DNA of 64,000 nt, from positions 318,308,001 to 318,372,000 of the forward strand of contig OZ024740.1 of NCBI GenBank assembly GCA_964016885.1, in the 5' to 3' direction. Origin of the DNA: Eledone cirrhosa (Eukaryota). Positions 44,401 to 59,800 of the stretch are shown in pieces. Within the stretch, counting starts at the first letter, position 1, and each line of letters starts with the position of its first letter. A program made the translations under genes and the position numbers. The notes beneath the pieces were generated by a model. It did no database searches, was not told the origin of the DNA, and saw nothing but the letters and a program-made list of their open reading frames with translations.

Positions 44401-47400
44401 ACTTACATTCTATCTGATATTCGAACGACTCTACCAATTCGAAGTCTTTGTACTACAATACTAACAACAAATAATGCAGGATTGTCTCGTCTATTTCCAC
44501 AACTTACATTCTATCTGACATTCTAACGACTCTACCAATTCGAAGTCTTTCTATTACAATACTCACAACAAATAATCCAGGATTGACTCGTCTATTTCCA
44601 CAACTTACATTCTACCTGACATTCTAACGACTCTACGAATTCGAAGTCTTTCTACTACAATACTCACAACAAATAATCCAGGATTGTCTCGTCTATTTCC
44701 ACAAATTACATTCTATCTGACATTCTAACGACTCTACCAATTCGAAGTGTTTCTACTACAATACTCACAACAAATAATCAAGGATTGTATCGTCTATTTC
44801 CACAACGTACATTCTATCTGACATTCTAACGACTCTACCAATTCGAAGTCTTTCTACTACAATACTCACAACAATTAATCCAGGAATGTCTCGTCTATTT
44901 CCACACCTTACATTCTATCTGACATTCTAACGACTCTACCCATTCGCTGTATTTCTACTACAATACTAACTTCAAATAATCCAGGATTGTCTCGTCTACT
45001 TCCACAACTTACATTGTATCTGATATTCTAACGACTCTACCAATTCGAAGTCTTTTAACTACAATACTAACTTTAAACAATCCAGAATTGTCTCCTCTAT
45101 TTCCACAACTTACATTCTATCTGACATTCTAACGACTCTACCAATTCGATTTCTTTCTACTACAATACTCACAACAAATAATCCAGGATTGTCTCGTCTA
45201 TTGCCACAATTTACATTCTACCTGACATTCTAACGACTCTACGAATTCGAAGTCTTTCTACTACAATACTCACAACAAATAATCCAGGATTGTCTCGTTT
45301 ATTTCCACAACTTACATTCTATCTGACATTCTAACGACTCTACCAATTCGAAGTCTTTCTATTACAATACTCACAACAAATAATCCAGGATTGTCTCGTC
45401 TATTCCCACAACTTACATTCTATGTGACATTCTAACGAATCTACCAATTCGAAGTTTTTCTACTACAATACTCACAACAAATAATCCAGGATTGTCTCGT
45501 CTATTTCCACAACTTACATTCTATGTGACATTCTAACGACTCTACCAATTCGAAGTCTTTCTACTACAATACTCACAACAAATAATCCAGGATTGTCTCG
45601 TCTATTCCCACAACTTACATTATATCTGACATTCTAATGACTCTACCAATTCGAAGTCTTTCTACTACAATACTAACAACAAATAATCTAAGATTGTCTC
45701 GTCTATTTCCACAACTTACATTCTATCTGACATTCTAACGACTCTACCAATTCGAAGTCTTTCTGCTACAATACTCACAACAAATAATCCAGGATTGCCT
45801 CGTCTATTTCCACAACTTACATTCTATCTGACATTCTAACGACTCTACCAATTCGCTGTATTTCTACTACAATACTAACTTCAAATAATCCAGGATTGTC
45901 TCGTCTATTTCCACAACCTACATTCTATCTGATATTCTAACGACTCTACCAATTTGAAGTCTTTCTACTACAATACTCACAACAAATAATCCAGGATTGT
46001 CTCGTCTATTTCCACAACTTACATTCTATCTCAGTTTCTAACGAGTCTACCAATTTGCTGTATTTATACTGCAATACTCACAACAAATAAACCACGATTG
46101 TCTCGTCTATTTCCACAACTTACATTCTATCTGACATACTAACGACTCTACCAATTCAAAGTCTTTCTAATACAATACTAACTTTAAACAATCCAGGATT
46201 GTCTCCTCTATTTCCACGAATTACATTCTATCTGACATTCTAACGACTCTACCAATTCGATGTCTCTCTACTACAATACTCACAACAAATAATCCAGGAT
46301 TGTCTCCCCTTTTTCCACAACTTACATTCTATCTGACATTCAAACGACTCTATCAATTCGAAGTCTTTCTACTACAATACTAACGTCAAATAATCCAGGA
46401 TTGTCTCGTCCATTTCCACAACTTACATTCTATCTGACATTCTAACGACTCTACCAATTCGAAGTCTATCTATTACAGTACTAACAACAAATAATCCATG
46501 ATTCTATCGTCTATTTCCACAACTTACATTCTATCTGATATTCTAACGACTCTACCAATTCGCTGCATTTCTACTACAATACTAACTTCAAATAATCCAG
46601 GATTGTCTCATCTATTTCCACAACTTACATTCTATCTGATATTCGAACGACTCTACCAATTCGAAGTCTTTGTACTACAATACTAACAACAAATAATGCA
46701 GGATTGTCTCGTCTATTTCCACAACTTACATTCTATCTGATTTTCTAACGACTCAACAAATTCGAAGTCTTTCTACTACAATACTCACAACAAATAATCC
46801 AGGATTGTCTCGTCTATTTCCACAAATTACATTCTATCTGACATTCTAACGACTCTACCAATTCGAAGTTTGTCTACTACAATACTCACAACAAATAATG
46901 AAGGATTGTATCGTCTATTTCCACAACGTACATTCTATCTGACATTCTAACGACTCTACTAATTCGAAGTCTTTCTACTACAATACTCACAACAATTAAT
47001 CCAGGAATGTCTCGTCTATTTCCACACCTTACATTCTATCTGACATTCTAACGACTCTACCCATTCGCTGTATTTCTACTACAATACTAACTTCAAATAA
47101 TCCAGGATTGTCTCGTCTACTTCCACAACTTACATTGTATCTGATATTCTAACGACTCTACCAATTCGAAGTCTTTCTACTACAATACTAACTTTAAACA
47201 ATCCAGGATTGTCTCCTCTATTTCCACAACTTACATTCTATCTGACATTCTAACGACTCTACCAATTCGAAGTTTTTCTACTACAATACTAACTTCAAAT
47301 AATCCAGGATTGTCTCGTCTATTTCCACAACTTACATTCTATCTGACATTCTAACGACTCTACCAATTCGAAGTCAATCTATTACAGTACGAACAACAAA

Positions 47401-47809
47401 TAATCCAGGATTCTATCGTCTATTTCCACACCTTACATTCTATCTGACATTCTAACGACTCTACCAATTCGCTGTATTTCTACTACAATACTAACTTCAA
47501 ATAATCCAGGATTGTCTCGTCTATTTCCACAACTTACATTCTATCTGATATTCTAACGACTCTACCAATTTGAAGTCTTTCTACTACAAAACTAACAACA
47601 AATAATCCAGGATTTCTCGTCTATTTCCACAACTTTCATTCTATCTGATATTCGAACGACACTACCAATTCGAAGTCTTTCTACTACAATACTCACAACA
47701 AATAATCCAGGATTGTCTCGTCTATTTCCACAACTTACATTCTATCTCAGTTTCTAACGAGTCTACCAATTCGCTGTATTTATACTACAATACTCACAAC
47801 AAATAAACC

Positions 47810-50800
47810 AGGATTGTCTCCTCTATTTCCACAACTTACATTCTATCTGACATTCTAACGACTCTACCAATTCGATTTCTTTCTACTACAATACTCACAA
47901 CAAATAATCCAGGATTGTCTCGTCTATTTCCACAACTTACATTCTATCTGACATTCTAACGACTCTACCAATTCGAAGTCTTTCTATTACAATACTCACA
48001 ACAAATAATCCAGGATTGTCTCGTCTATTCCCACAACTTACATTCTATGTGACATTCTAACGACTCTACCAATTCGAAGTTTTTCTACTACAATACTCAC
48101 AACAAATGATCCAGGATTGTCTCGTCTATTTCCACAACTTACATTCTATCTGACATTCTAACGACTCTACCAAGTCGAAGTCTTTCTATTACTATACTGA
48201 CAACAAATAATCCAGGATTGTCTCGTCTATTTCCACAACTTACATTCTATGTGACATTCTAATGACTCAACCAATTCGAAGTCTTTCTACTACAATACTC
48301 AACAAATAATCCAGGACTGTCTCGTCTATTTCCACAACTTACATTCTATCTGACATTCTAACGACTCTACCAATTCGAAGTCTTTCTGCTACAATACTCA
48401 CAACAAATAATCCAGGATTGCCTCGTCTATTTCCACACCTTACATTCTATCTGACATTCTAACGACTCTACCAATTCGCTGTTTTTTACTACAATACTAA
48501 CTTCAAATAATCCAGGATTGTCTCATCTATTTCCACAACTTACATTCTATCTGATATTCGAACGACTCTACCAATTCGAAGTCTTTGTACTACAATACTA
48601 ACAACAAATAATGCAGGATTGTCTCGTCTATTTCCACAACTTACATTCTATCTGACATTCTAACGACTCTACCAATTCGAAGTCTTTCTATTACAATACT
48701 CACAACAAATAATCCAGGATTGACTCGTCTATTTCCACAACTTACATTCTACCTGACATTCTAACGACTCTACGAATTCGAAGTCTTTCTACTACAATAC
48801 TCACAACAAATAATCCAGGATTGTCTCGTCTATTTCCACAAATTACATTCTATCTGACATTCTAACGACTCTACCAATTCGAAGTGTTTCTACTACAATA
48901 CTCACAACAAATAATCAAGGATTGTATCGTCTATTTCCACAACGTACATTCTATCTGACATTCTAACGATTCTACCAATTCGAAGTATTTCTACTACAAT
49001 ACTCACAACAATTAATCCAGGAATGTCGCATCTATTTCCACACCTTACATTCTATCTGACATTCTAACGACTCTACCCATTCGCTGTATTTCTACTACAA
49101 TACTAACTTCAAATAATCCAGGATTGTCTCGTCTACTTCCACAACTTACATTGTATCTGATATTCTAACGACTTTACCAATTCGAAGTCTTTTAACTACA
49201 ATACTAACTTTAAACAATCCAGGATTGTCTCCTCTATTTCCACAACTTACATTCTATCTGACATTCTAACGACTCTACCAATTCGAAGTCTTTCTATTAC
49301 AATACTCACAACAAATAATCCAGGATTGTCTCGTCTATTTCCACAACTTACATTCTATGTGACATTCTAACGACTCTACCAATTCGAAGTTTTTCTACTA
49401 CAATACTCACAACAAATAATCCAGGATTGTCTCGTCTATTTCCACAACTTACATTCTATGTGACATTCTAACGACTCTACCAATTCGAAGTCTTTCTACT
49501 ACATTACTCACAACAAATAATCCAGGATTGTCTCGTCTATTCCCACAACTTACATTATATCTGATATTCGAACGACTCTACCAATTCGAAGTCTTTGTAC
49601 TACAATACTAACAACAAATAATGCAGGATTGTCTCGTCTATTTCCACAACTTACATTCTATCTGATTTTCTAACGACTCTACCAATTCGAAGTCTTTCTA
49701 ATACAATACTAACTTCAAATAATCCAGGATTGTCTCGTCTATTTCCACAACCTACATTCTATCTGATATTCTAACGACTCTACCAATTTGAAGTCTTTCT
49801 ACTACAATACTCACAACAAATAATCCAGGATTGTCTCGTCTATTTCCACAACTTACATTCTATCTCAGTTTCTAACGAGTCTACCAATTCGCTGTATTTA
49901 TACTACAATACTCACAACAAATAATCCAGGATTGTCTCCCCCTTTTCCACAACTTACATTCTATCTGACATTCAAACGACTCTATCAATTCGAAGTCTTT
50001 CTACTACAATACTAACGTCAAATAATCCAGGATTGTCTCGTCCATTTCCACAACTTACATTCTATCTGACATTCTAACGACTCTACCAATTCGAAGTCTA
50101 TCTATTACAGTACTAACAACAAATAATCCATGATTCTATCGTCTATTTCCACAACTTACATTCTATCTGATATTCTAACGACTCTACCAATTCGCTGCAT
50201 TTCTACTACAATACTAACTTCAAATAATCCAGGATTGTCTCATCTATTTCCACAACTTACATTCTATCTGATATTCGAACGACTCTACCAATTCGAAGTC
50301 TTTGTACTACAATACTAACAACAAATAATGCAGGATTGTCTCGTCTATTTCCACAACTTACATTCTATCTGATTTTCTAACGACTCTACCAATTCGAAGT
50401 CTTTCTATTACAATACTAATAACAAATAATCCAGGATTGTCTCGTCTATTTCCACAACTTACATTCTACCTGACATTCTAACGACTCAACGAATTCGAAG
50501 TCTTTCTACTACAATACTCACAACAAATAATGAAGGATTGTATCGTCTATTTCCACAACGTACATTCTATCTGACATTCTAACGACTCTACTAATTCGAA
50601 GTCTTTCTACTACAATACTCACAACAATTAATCCAGGAATGTCTCGTCTATTTCCACACCTTACATTCTATCTGACATTCTAACGACTCTACCCATTCGC
50701 TGTATTTCTACTACAATACTAATTTCAAATAATCCAGGATTGTCTCGTCTACTTCCACAACTTACATTGTATCTGATATTCTAACGACTCTACCAATTCG

Positions 50801-53800
50801 AAGTCTTTCTACTACAATACTAACTTTAAACAATCCAGGATTGTCTCCTCTATTTCCACAACTTACATTCTATCTGACATTCTAACGACTCTACCAATTC
50901 GAAGTTTTTCTACTACAATACTCACAACAAATAATCCAGGATTGTCTCGTCTATTTCCACAACTTACATTCTATCTGACATTCTAACGACTCTACCAATT
51001 CGAAGTCAATCTATTACAGTACGAACAACAAATAATCCAGGATTCTATCGTCTATTTCCACACCTTACATTCTATCTGACATTCTAACGATTCTACCAAT
51101 TCGCTGTATTTCTACTACAATACTAACTTCAAATAATCCAGGATTGTCTCGTCTATTTCCACAACTTACATTCTATCTGATATTCTAACGACTCTACCAA
51201 TTTGAAGTCTTTCTACTACAAAACTAACAACAAATAATCCAGGATTTCTCGTCTATTTCCACAACTTTCATTCTATCTGATATTCGAACGACACTACCAA
51301 TTCGAAGTCTTTCTACTACAATACTCACAACAAATAATCCAGGATTGTCTCGTCTATTTCCACAACTTACATTCTATCTCAGTTTCTAACGAGTCTACCA
51401 ATTCGCTGTATTTATACTACAATACTCACAACAAATAAACCAGGATTGTCTCGTCTATTTCCACAACTTACATTCTATCTGACATTCTAACGACTCTACC
51501 CATTCGCTGTATTTCTACTACAATACTAACTTTAAACAATCCAGGATTGTCTCCTCTATTTCCACAACTTACATTCTATCTGACATTCTAAAGACTCTAC
51601 CAATTCGATTTCTTTCTACTACAATACTCACAACAAATAATCCAGGATTGTCTCATCTATTTCCACAACTTACATTCTATCTGACATTCTAACGACTCTA
51701 CCAATTCGAAGTCTTTCTATTACAAAACTCACAACAAATAATCCAGGATTGTCTCGTCTATTCCCACAACTTACATTCTATGTGACATTCTAACGACTCT
51801 ACCAATTCGAAGTTTTTCTACTACAATACTCACAACAAATGATCCAGGATTGTCTCGTCTATTTCCACAACTTACATTCTATCTGACATTCTAACGACTC
51901 TACCAAGTCGAAGTCTTTCTATTACTATACTCACAACAAATAATCCAGGATTGTCTCGTCTATTTCCACAACTTACATTCTATGTGACATTCTAACGACT
52001 CAACCAATTCGAAGTCTTTCTACTACAATACTCAACAAATAATCCAGGACTGTCTCGTCTATTTCCACAACTTACATTCTATCTGATATTCTAACGACTC
52101 TACCAATTCGAAGTCTTTCTACTACAATACTAACAACAAATAATCTAAGATTGTCTCGTCTATTTCTACAACTTACATTCTATCTGACATTCTAACGACT
52201 CTACCAATTCGAAGTCTTTCTGCTACAATACTCACAACAAATAATCCAGGATTGCCTCGTCTATTTCCACACCTTACATTCTATCTGACATTCTAACGAC
52301 TCTACCAATTCGCTGTTTTTTACTACAATACTAACTTCAAATAATCCAGGATTGTCTCATCTATTTCCACAACTTACATTCTATCTGATATTCGAACGAC
52401 TCTACCAATTTGAAGTCTTTCTATTACAATACTAACAACAAATAATCCAGGATTTCTCGTCTATTTCCACAACTTACATTCTATCTGATATTCTAACGAC
52501 TCTACCAATTTGAAGTCTTTCTACTACAATACTCAAAACAAATAATCCAGGATTATCTCGTCTATTTCCACAACTTACATTCTATCTCAGTTTCTAACGA
52601 GTCTACCAATTCGCTGTATTTATACTGCAATACTCACAACAAATAAACCACGATTGTCTCGTCTATTTCCACAACTTACATTCTATCTGACATACTAACG
52701 ACTCTACCAATTCAAAGTCTTTCTAATACAATACTAACTTTAAACAATCCAGGATTGTCTCCTCTATTTCCACAACTTACATTTTATCTGACATTCTAAC
52801 GACTCTACCAATTCGATGTCTCTCTACTACAATACTCACAACAAATAATCCAGGATTGTCTCCCCTTTTTCCACAACTTACATTCTATCTGACATTCAAA
52901 CGACTCTATCAATTCGAAGTCTTTCTACTACAATACTAACGTCAAATAATCCAGGATTGTCTCGTCCATTTCCACAACTTACATTCTATCTGACATTCTA
53001 ACGACTCTACCAATTCGAAGTCTATCTATTACAGTACTAACAACAAATAATCCATGATTCTATCGTCTATTTCCACAACTTACATTCTATCTGATATTCT
53101 AACGACTCTACCAATTCGCTGCATTTCTACTACAATACTAACTTCAAATAATCCAGGATTGTCTCATCTATTTCCACAACTTACATTCTATCTGATATTC
53201 GAACGACTCTACCAATTCGAAGTCTTTGTACTACAATACTAACAACAAATAATGCAGGATTGTCTCGTCTATTTCCACAACTTACATTCTATCTGATTTT
53301 CTAACGACTCTACCAATTCGAAGTCTTTCTATTACAATACTCACAACAAATAATCCAGGATTGTCTCGTCTATTTCCACAACTTACATTCTACCTGACAT
53401 TCTAACGACTCAACGAATTCGAAGTCTTTCTACTACAATACTCACAACAAATAATCCAGGATTGTCTCGTCTATTTCCACAAATTACATTCTATCTGACA
53501 TTCTAACGACTCTACCAATTCGAAGTTTGTCTACTACAATACTCACAACAAATAATGAAGGATTGTATCGTCTATTTCCACAACGTACATTCTATCTGAC
53601 ATTCTAACGACTCTACTAATTCGAAGTCTTTCTACTACAATACTCACAACAATTAATCCAGGAATGTCTCGTCTATTTCCACACCTTACATTCTATCTGA
53701 CATTCTAACGACTCTACCCATTCGCTGTATTTCTACTACAATACTAACTTCAAATAATCCAGGATTGTCTCGTCTACTTCCACAACTTACATTGTATCTG

Positions 53801-56800
53801 ATTTTCTAACGACTCTACCAATTCGAAGTCTTTCTACTACAATACTAACTTTAAACAATCCAGGATTATCTCCTCTATTTCCACAACTTACATTCTATCT
53901 GACATTCTAACGACTCTACCAATTCGAAGTTTTTCTACTACAATACTCACAACAAATAATCCAGGATTGTCTCGTCTATTTCCACAACTTACATTCTATC
54001 TGACATTCTAACGACTCTACCAATTCGAAGTCAATCTATTACAGTACGAACAACAAATAATGCAGGATTCTATTGTCTATTTCCACACCTTACATTCTAT
54101 CTGACATTCTAACGACTCTACCAATTCGCTGTATTTCTACTACAATACTAACTTCAAATAATCCAGGATTGTCTCGTCTATTTCCACAACTTACATTCTA
54201 TCTGATATTCTAACGACTCTACCAATTTGAAGTCTTTCTACTACAAAACTAACAACAAATAATCCAGGATTTCTCGTCTATTTCCACAACTTTCATTCTA
54301 TCTGATATTCGATCGACACTACCAATTCGAAGTCTTTCTACTACAATACTCACAACAAATAATCCAGGATTGTCTCGTCTATTTCCACAACTTACATTCT
54401 ATCTCAGTTTCTAACGAGTCTACCAATTCGCTGTATTTATACTACAATACTCACAACAAATAAACCAGGATTGTCTCGTCTATTTCCACAACTTACATTC
54501 TATCTGACATTCTAACGACTCTACCCATTCGCTGTATTTCTACTACAATACTAACTTTAAACAATCCAGGATTGTCTCCTCTATTTCCACAACTTACATT
54601 CTATCTGACATTCTAACGACTCTACCAATTCGATTTCTTTCTACTACAATACTCACAACAAATAATCCAGGATTGTCTCGTCTATTTCCACAACTTACAT
54701 TCTATCTGACATTCTAACGACTCTACCAATTCGAAGTCTTTCTATTACAATACTCACAACAAATAATCCAGGATTGTCTCGTCTATTCCCACAACTTACA
54801 TTCTATGTGACATTCTAACGACTCTACCAATTCGAAGTTTTTCTACTACAATACTCACAACAAATGATCCAGGATTGTCTCGTCTATTTCCACAACTTAC
54901 ATTCTATCTGACATTCTAACGACTCTACCAAGTCGAAGTCTTTCTATTACTATACTCACAACAAATAATCCAGGATTGTCTCGTCTATTTCCACAACTTA
55001 CATTCTATGTGACATTCTAACGACTCAACCAATTCGAAGTCTTTCTACTACAATACTCAACAAATAATCCAGGACTGTCTCGTCTATTTCCACAACTTAC
55101 ATTCTATCTGATATTCTAACGACTCTACCAATTCGAAGTCTTTCTACTACAATACTAACAACAAATAATCTAAGATTGTCTCGTCTATTTCTACAACTTA
55201 CATTCTATCTGACATTCTAACGACTCTACCAATTCGAAGTCTTTCTGCTACAATACTCACAACAAATAATCCAGGATTGCCTCGTCTATTTCCACAACTT
55301 ACATTCTACCTGACATTCTAACGACTCTACGAATTCGAAGTCTTTCTACTACAATACTCACAACAAATAATCCAGGATTGTCTCGTCTATTTCCACAAAT
55401 TACATTCTATGTGACATTCTAACGACTCTACCAATTCGCTGTTTTTTACTACAATACTAACTTCAAATAATCCAGGATTGTCTCATCTATTTCCACAACT
55501 TACATTCTATCTGATATTCGAACGACTCTACCAATTCGAAGTCTTTCTACTACAATACTCACAACAAATAATCCAGGATTGTCTCGTCTATTTCCACAAA
55601 TTACATTCTATCTGACATTCTAACGACTCTACCAATTCGAAGTGTTTCTACTACAATACTCACAACAAATAATCCAGGATTGTCTCGTCTATTTCCACAA
55701 CTTACATTCTATCTGACATTCTAATGACTCTACCAATTCGAAGTCTTTCTACTACAATACTCACAACAAATAATTCAGGATTGTCTCGTCTACTTCCACA
55801 ACTTACATTGTATCTGATATTCTAACGACTCTACCAATTCGAAGTCTTTTAACTACAATACTAACTTTAAACAATCCAGGATTGTCTCCTCTATTTCCAC
55901 AACTTACATTCTATCTGACATTCTAACGACTCTACCATTTCGAAGTCTTTCTATTACAATACTCACAACAAATAATCCAGGATTGTCTCGTCTATTTCCA
56001 CAACTTACATTCTATGTGACATTCTAACGACTCTACCAATTCGAAGTTTTTCTACTACAATACTCACAACAAATAATCCAGGATTGTCTCGTCTATTTCC
56101 ACAACTTACATTCTATGTGACATTCTAACGACTCTACCAATTCGAAGTCTTTCTACTACATTACTCACAACAAATAATCCAGGATTGTCTCGTCTATTCC
56201 CACAACTTACATTATATCTGACATTCTAATGACTCTACCAATTCGAAGTCTTTCTGCTACAATACTCACAACAAATAATCCAGGATTGCCTCGTCTATTT
56301 CCACACCTTACATTCTATCTGACATTCTAACGACTCTACCAATTAAGTGTATTTCTACTACAATACTAACTTCAAATAATCCAGGATTGTCTCGTCTATT
56401 TCCACAACTTACATTCTATCTGATATTCTAACGACTCTACCAATTTGAAGTCTTTCTATTACAATACTAACAACAAATAATCCAGGATTGTCTCGTCTAT
56501 TTCCACAACTTACATTCTATCTCAGTTTCTAACGAGTCTACCAATTCGCTGTATTTATACTACAATACTCACAACAAATAAACCAGGATTGTCTCGTCTA
56601 TTTCCACAACTTACATTCTATCTGACATTCTAACGACTCTACCCATTCGCTGTATTTCTACTACAATACTAACTTTAAACAATCCAGGATTGTCTCCTCT
56701 ATTTCCACAACTTACATTCTATCTGACATTCTAACGACTCTACCAATTCGATTTCTTTCTACTACAATACTCACAACAAATAATCCAGGATTGTCTCGTC

Positions 56801-59800
56801 TATTTCCACAACTTACATTCTATCTGACATTCTAACGACTCTACCAATTCGAAGTCTTTCTATTACAATACTCACAACAAATAATCCAGGATTGTCTCGT
56901 CTATTCCCACAACTTACATTCTATGTGACATTCTAACGACTCTACCAATTCGAAGTTTTTCTACTACAATACTCACAACAAATGATCCAGGATTGTCTCG
57001 TCTATTTCCACAACTTACATTCTATCTGACATTCTAACGACTCTACCAAGTCGAAGTCTTTCTATTACTATACTGACAACAAATAATCCAGGATTGTCTC
57101 GTCTATTTCCACAACTTACATTCTATGTGACATTCTAATGACTCAACCAATTCGAAGTCTTTCTACTACAATACTCAACAAATAATCCAGGATTGCCTCG
57201 TCTATTTCCACACCTTACATTCTATCTGACATTCTAACGACTCTACCAATTCGCTGTTTTTTACTACAATACTAACTTCAAATAATCCAGGATTGTCTCA
57301 TCTATTTCCACAACTTACATTCTATCTGATATTCGAACGACTCTACCAATTCGAAGTCTTTGTACTACAATACTAACAACAAATAATGCAGGATTGTCTC
57401 GTCTATTTCCACAACTTACATTCTATCTGACATTCTAACGACTCTACCAATTCGAAGTCTTTCTATTACAATACTCACAACAAATAATCCAGGATTGACT
57501 CGTCTATTTCCACAACTTACATTCTACCTGACATTCTAACGACTCTACGAATTCGAAGTCTTTCTACTACAATACTCACAACAAATAATCCAGGATTATC
57601 TCGTCTATTTCCACAAATTACATTCTATCTGACATTCTAACGACTCTACCAATTCGAAGTGTTTCTACTACAATACTCACAACAAATAATCAAGGATTGT
57701 ATCGTCTATTTCCACAACGTACATTCTATCTGACATTCTAACGATTCTACCAATTCGAAGTATTTCTACTACAATACTCACAACAATTAATCCAGGAATG
57801 TCGCATCTATTTCCACACCTTACATTCTATCTGACATTCTAACGACTCTACCCATTCGCTGTATTTCTACTACAATACTAACTTCAAATAATCCAGGATT
57901 GTCTCGTCTACTTCCACAACTTACATTGTATCTGATATTCTAACGACTTTACCAATTCGAAGTCTTTTAACTACAATACTAACTTTAAACAATCCAGGAT
58001 TGTCTCCTCTATTTCCACAACTTACATTCTATCTGACATTCTAACGACTCTACCAATTCGAAGTCTTTCTATTACAATACTCACAACAAATAATCCAGGA
58101 TTGTCTCGTCTATTTCCACAACTTACATTCTATGTGACATTCTAACGACTCTACCAATTCGAAGTTTTTCTACTACAATACTCACAACAAATAATCCAGG
58201 ATTGTCTCGTCTATTTCCACAACTTACATTCTATGTGACATTCTAACGACTCTACCAATTCGAAGTCTTTCTACTACATTACTCACAACAAATAATCCAG
58301 GATTGTCTCGTCTATTCCCACAACTTACATTATATCTGATATTCGAACGACTCTACCAATTCGAAGTCTTTGTACTACAATACTAACAACAAATAATGCA
58401 GGATTGTCTCGTCTATTTCCACAACTTACATTCTATCTGATTTTCTAACGACTCTACCAATTCGAAGTCTTTCTAATACAATACTAACTTCAAATAATCC
58501 AGGATTGTCTCGTCTATTTCCACAACCTACATTCTATCTGATATTCTAACGACTCTACCAATTTGAAGTCTTTCTACTACAATACTCACAACAAATAATC
58601 CAGGATTGTCTCGTCTATTTCCACAACTTACATTCTATCTCAGTTTCTAACGAGTCTACCAATTCGCTGTATTTATACTACAATACTCACAACAAATAAT
58701 CCAGGATTGTCTCCCCCTTTTCCACAACTTACATTCTATCTGACATTCAAACGACTCTATCAATTCGAAGTCTTTCTACTACAATACTAACGTCAAATAA
58801 TCCAGGATTGTCTCGTCCATTTCCACAACTTACATTCTATCTGACATTCTAACGACTCTACCAATTCGAAGTCTATCTATTACAGTACTAACAACAAATA
58901 ATCCATGATTCTATCGTCTATTTCCACAACTTACATTCTATCTGATATTCTAACGACTCTACCAATTCGCTGCATTTCTACTACAATACTAACTTCAAAT
59001 AATCCAGGATTGTCTCATCTATTTCCACAACTTACATTCTATCTGATATTCGAACGACTCTACCAATTCGAAGTCTTTGTACTACAATACTAACAACAAA
59101 TAATGCAGGATTGTCTCGTCTATTTCCACAACTTACATTCTATCTGATTTTCTAACGACTCTACCAATTCGAAGTCTTTCTATTACAATACTCATAACAA
59201 ATAATCCAGGATTGTCTCGTCTATTTCCACAACTTACATTCTACCTGACATTCTAACGACTCAACGAATTCGAAGTCTTTCTACTACAATACTCACAACA
59301 AATAATGAAGGATTGTATCGTCTATTTCCACAACGTACATTCTATCTGACATTCTAACGACTCTACTAATTCGAAGTCTTTCTACTACAATACTCACAAC
59401 AATTAATCCAGGAATGTCTCGTCTATTTCCACACCTTACATTCTATCTGACATTCTAACGACTCTACCCATTCGCTGTATTTCTACTACAATACTAATTT
59501 CAAATAATCCAGGATTGTCTCGTCTACTTCCACAACTTACATTGTATCTGATATTCTAACGACTCTACCAATTCGAAGTCTTTCTACTACAATACTAACT
59601 TTAAACAATCCAGGATTGTCTCCTCTATTTCCACAACTTACATTCTATCTGACATTCTAACGACTCTACCAATTCGAAGTTTTTCTACTACAATACTCAC
59701 AACAAATAATCCAGGATTGTCTCGTCTATTTCCACAACTTACATTCTATCTGACATTCTAACGACTCTACCAATTCGAAGTCAATCTATTACAGTACGAA

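Noticed and set aside
17129-59093. Eleven 62-100 aa ORFs on the + strand (e.g. MILSSISTTY..., MTLPIRRL...)
   Set aside because: They are translations of 2-3 satellite monomers in which variants removed a TGA or TAA. Because 101 is not a multiple of 3, the peptides cycle through the same three frames. Identical ORFs simply mark duplicated blocks, and I recognise no protein domain.
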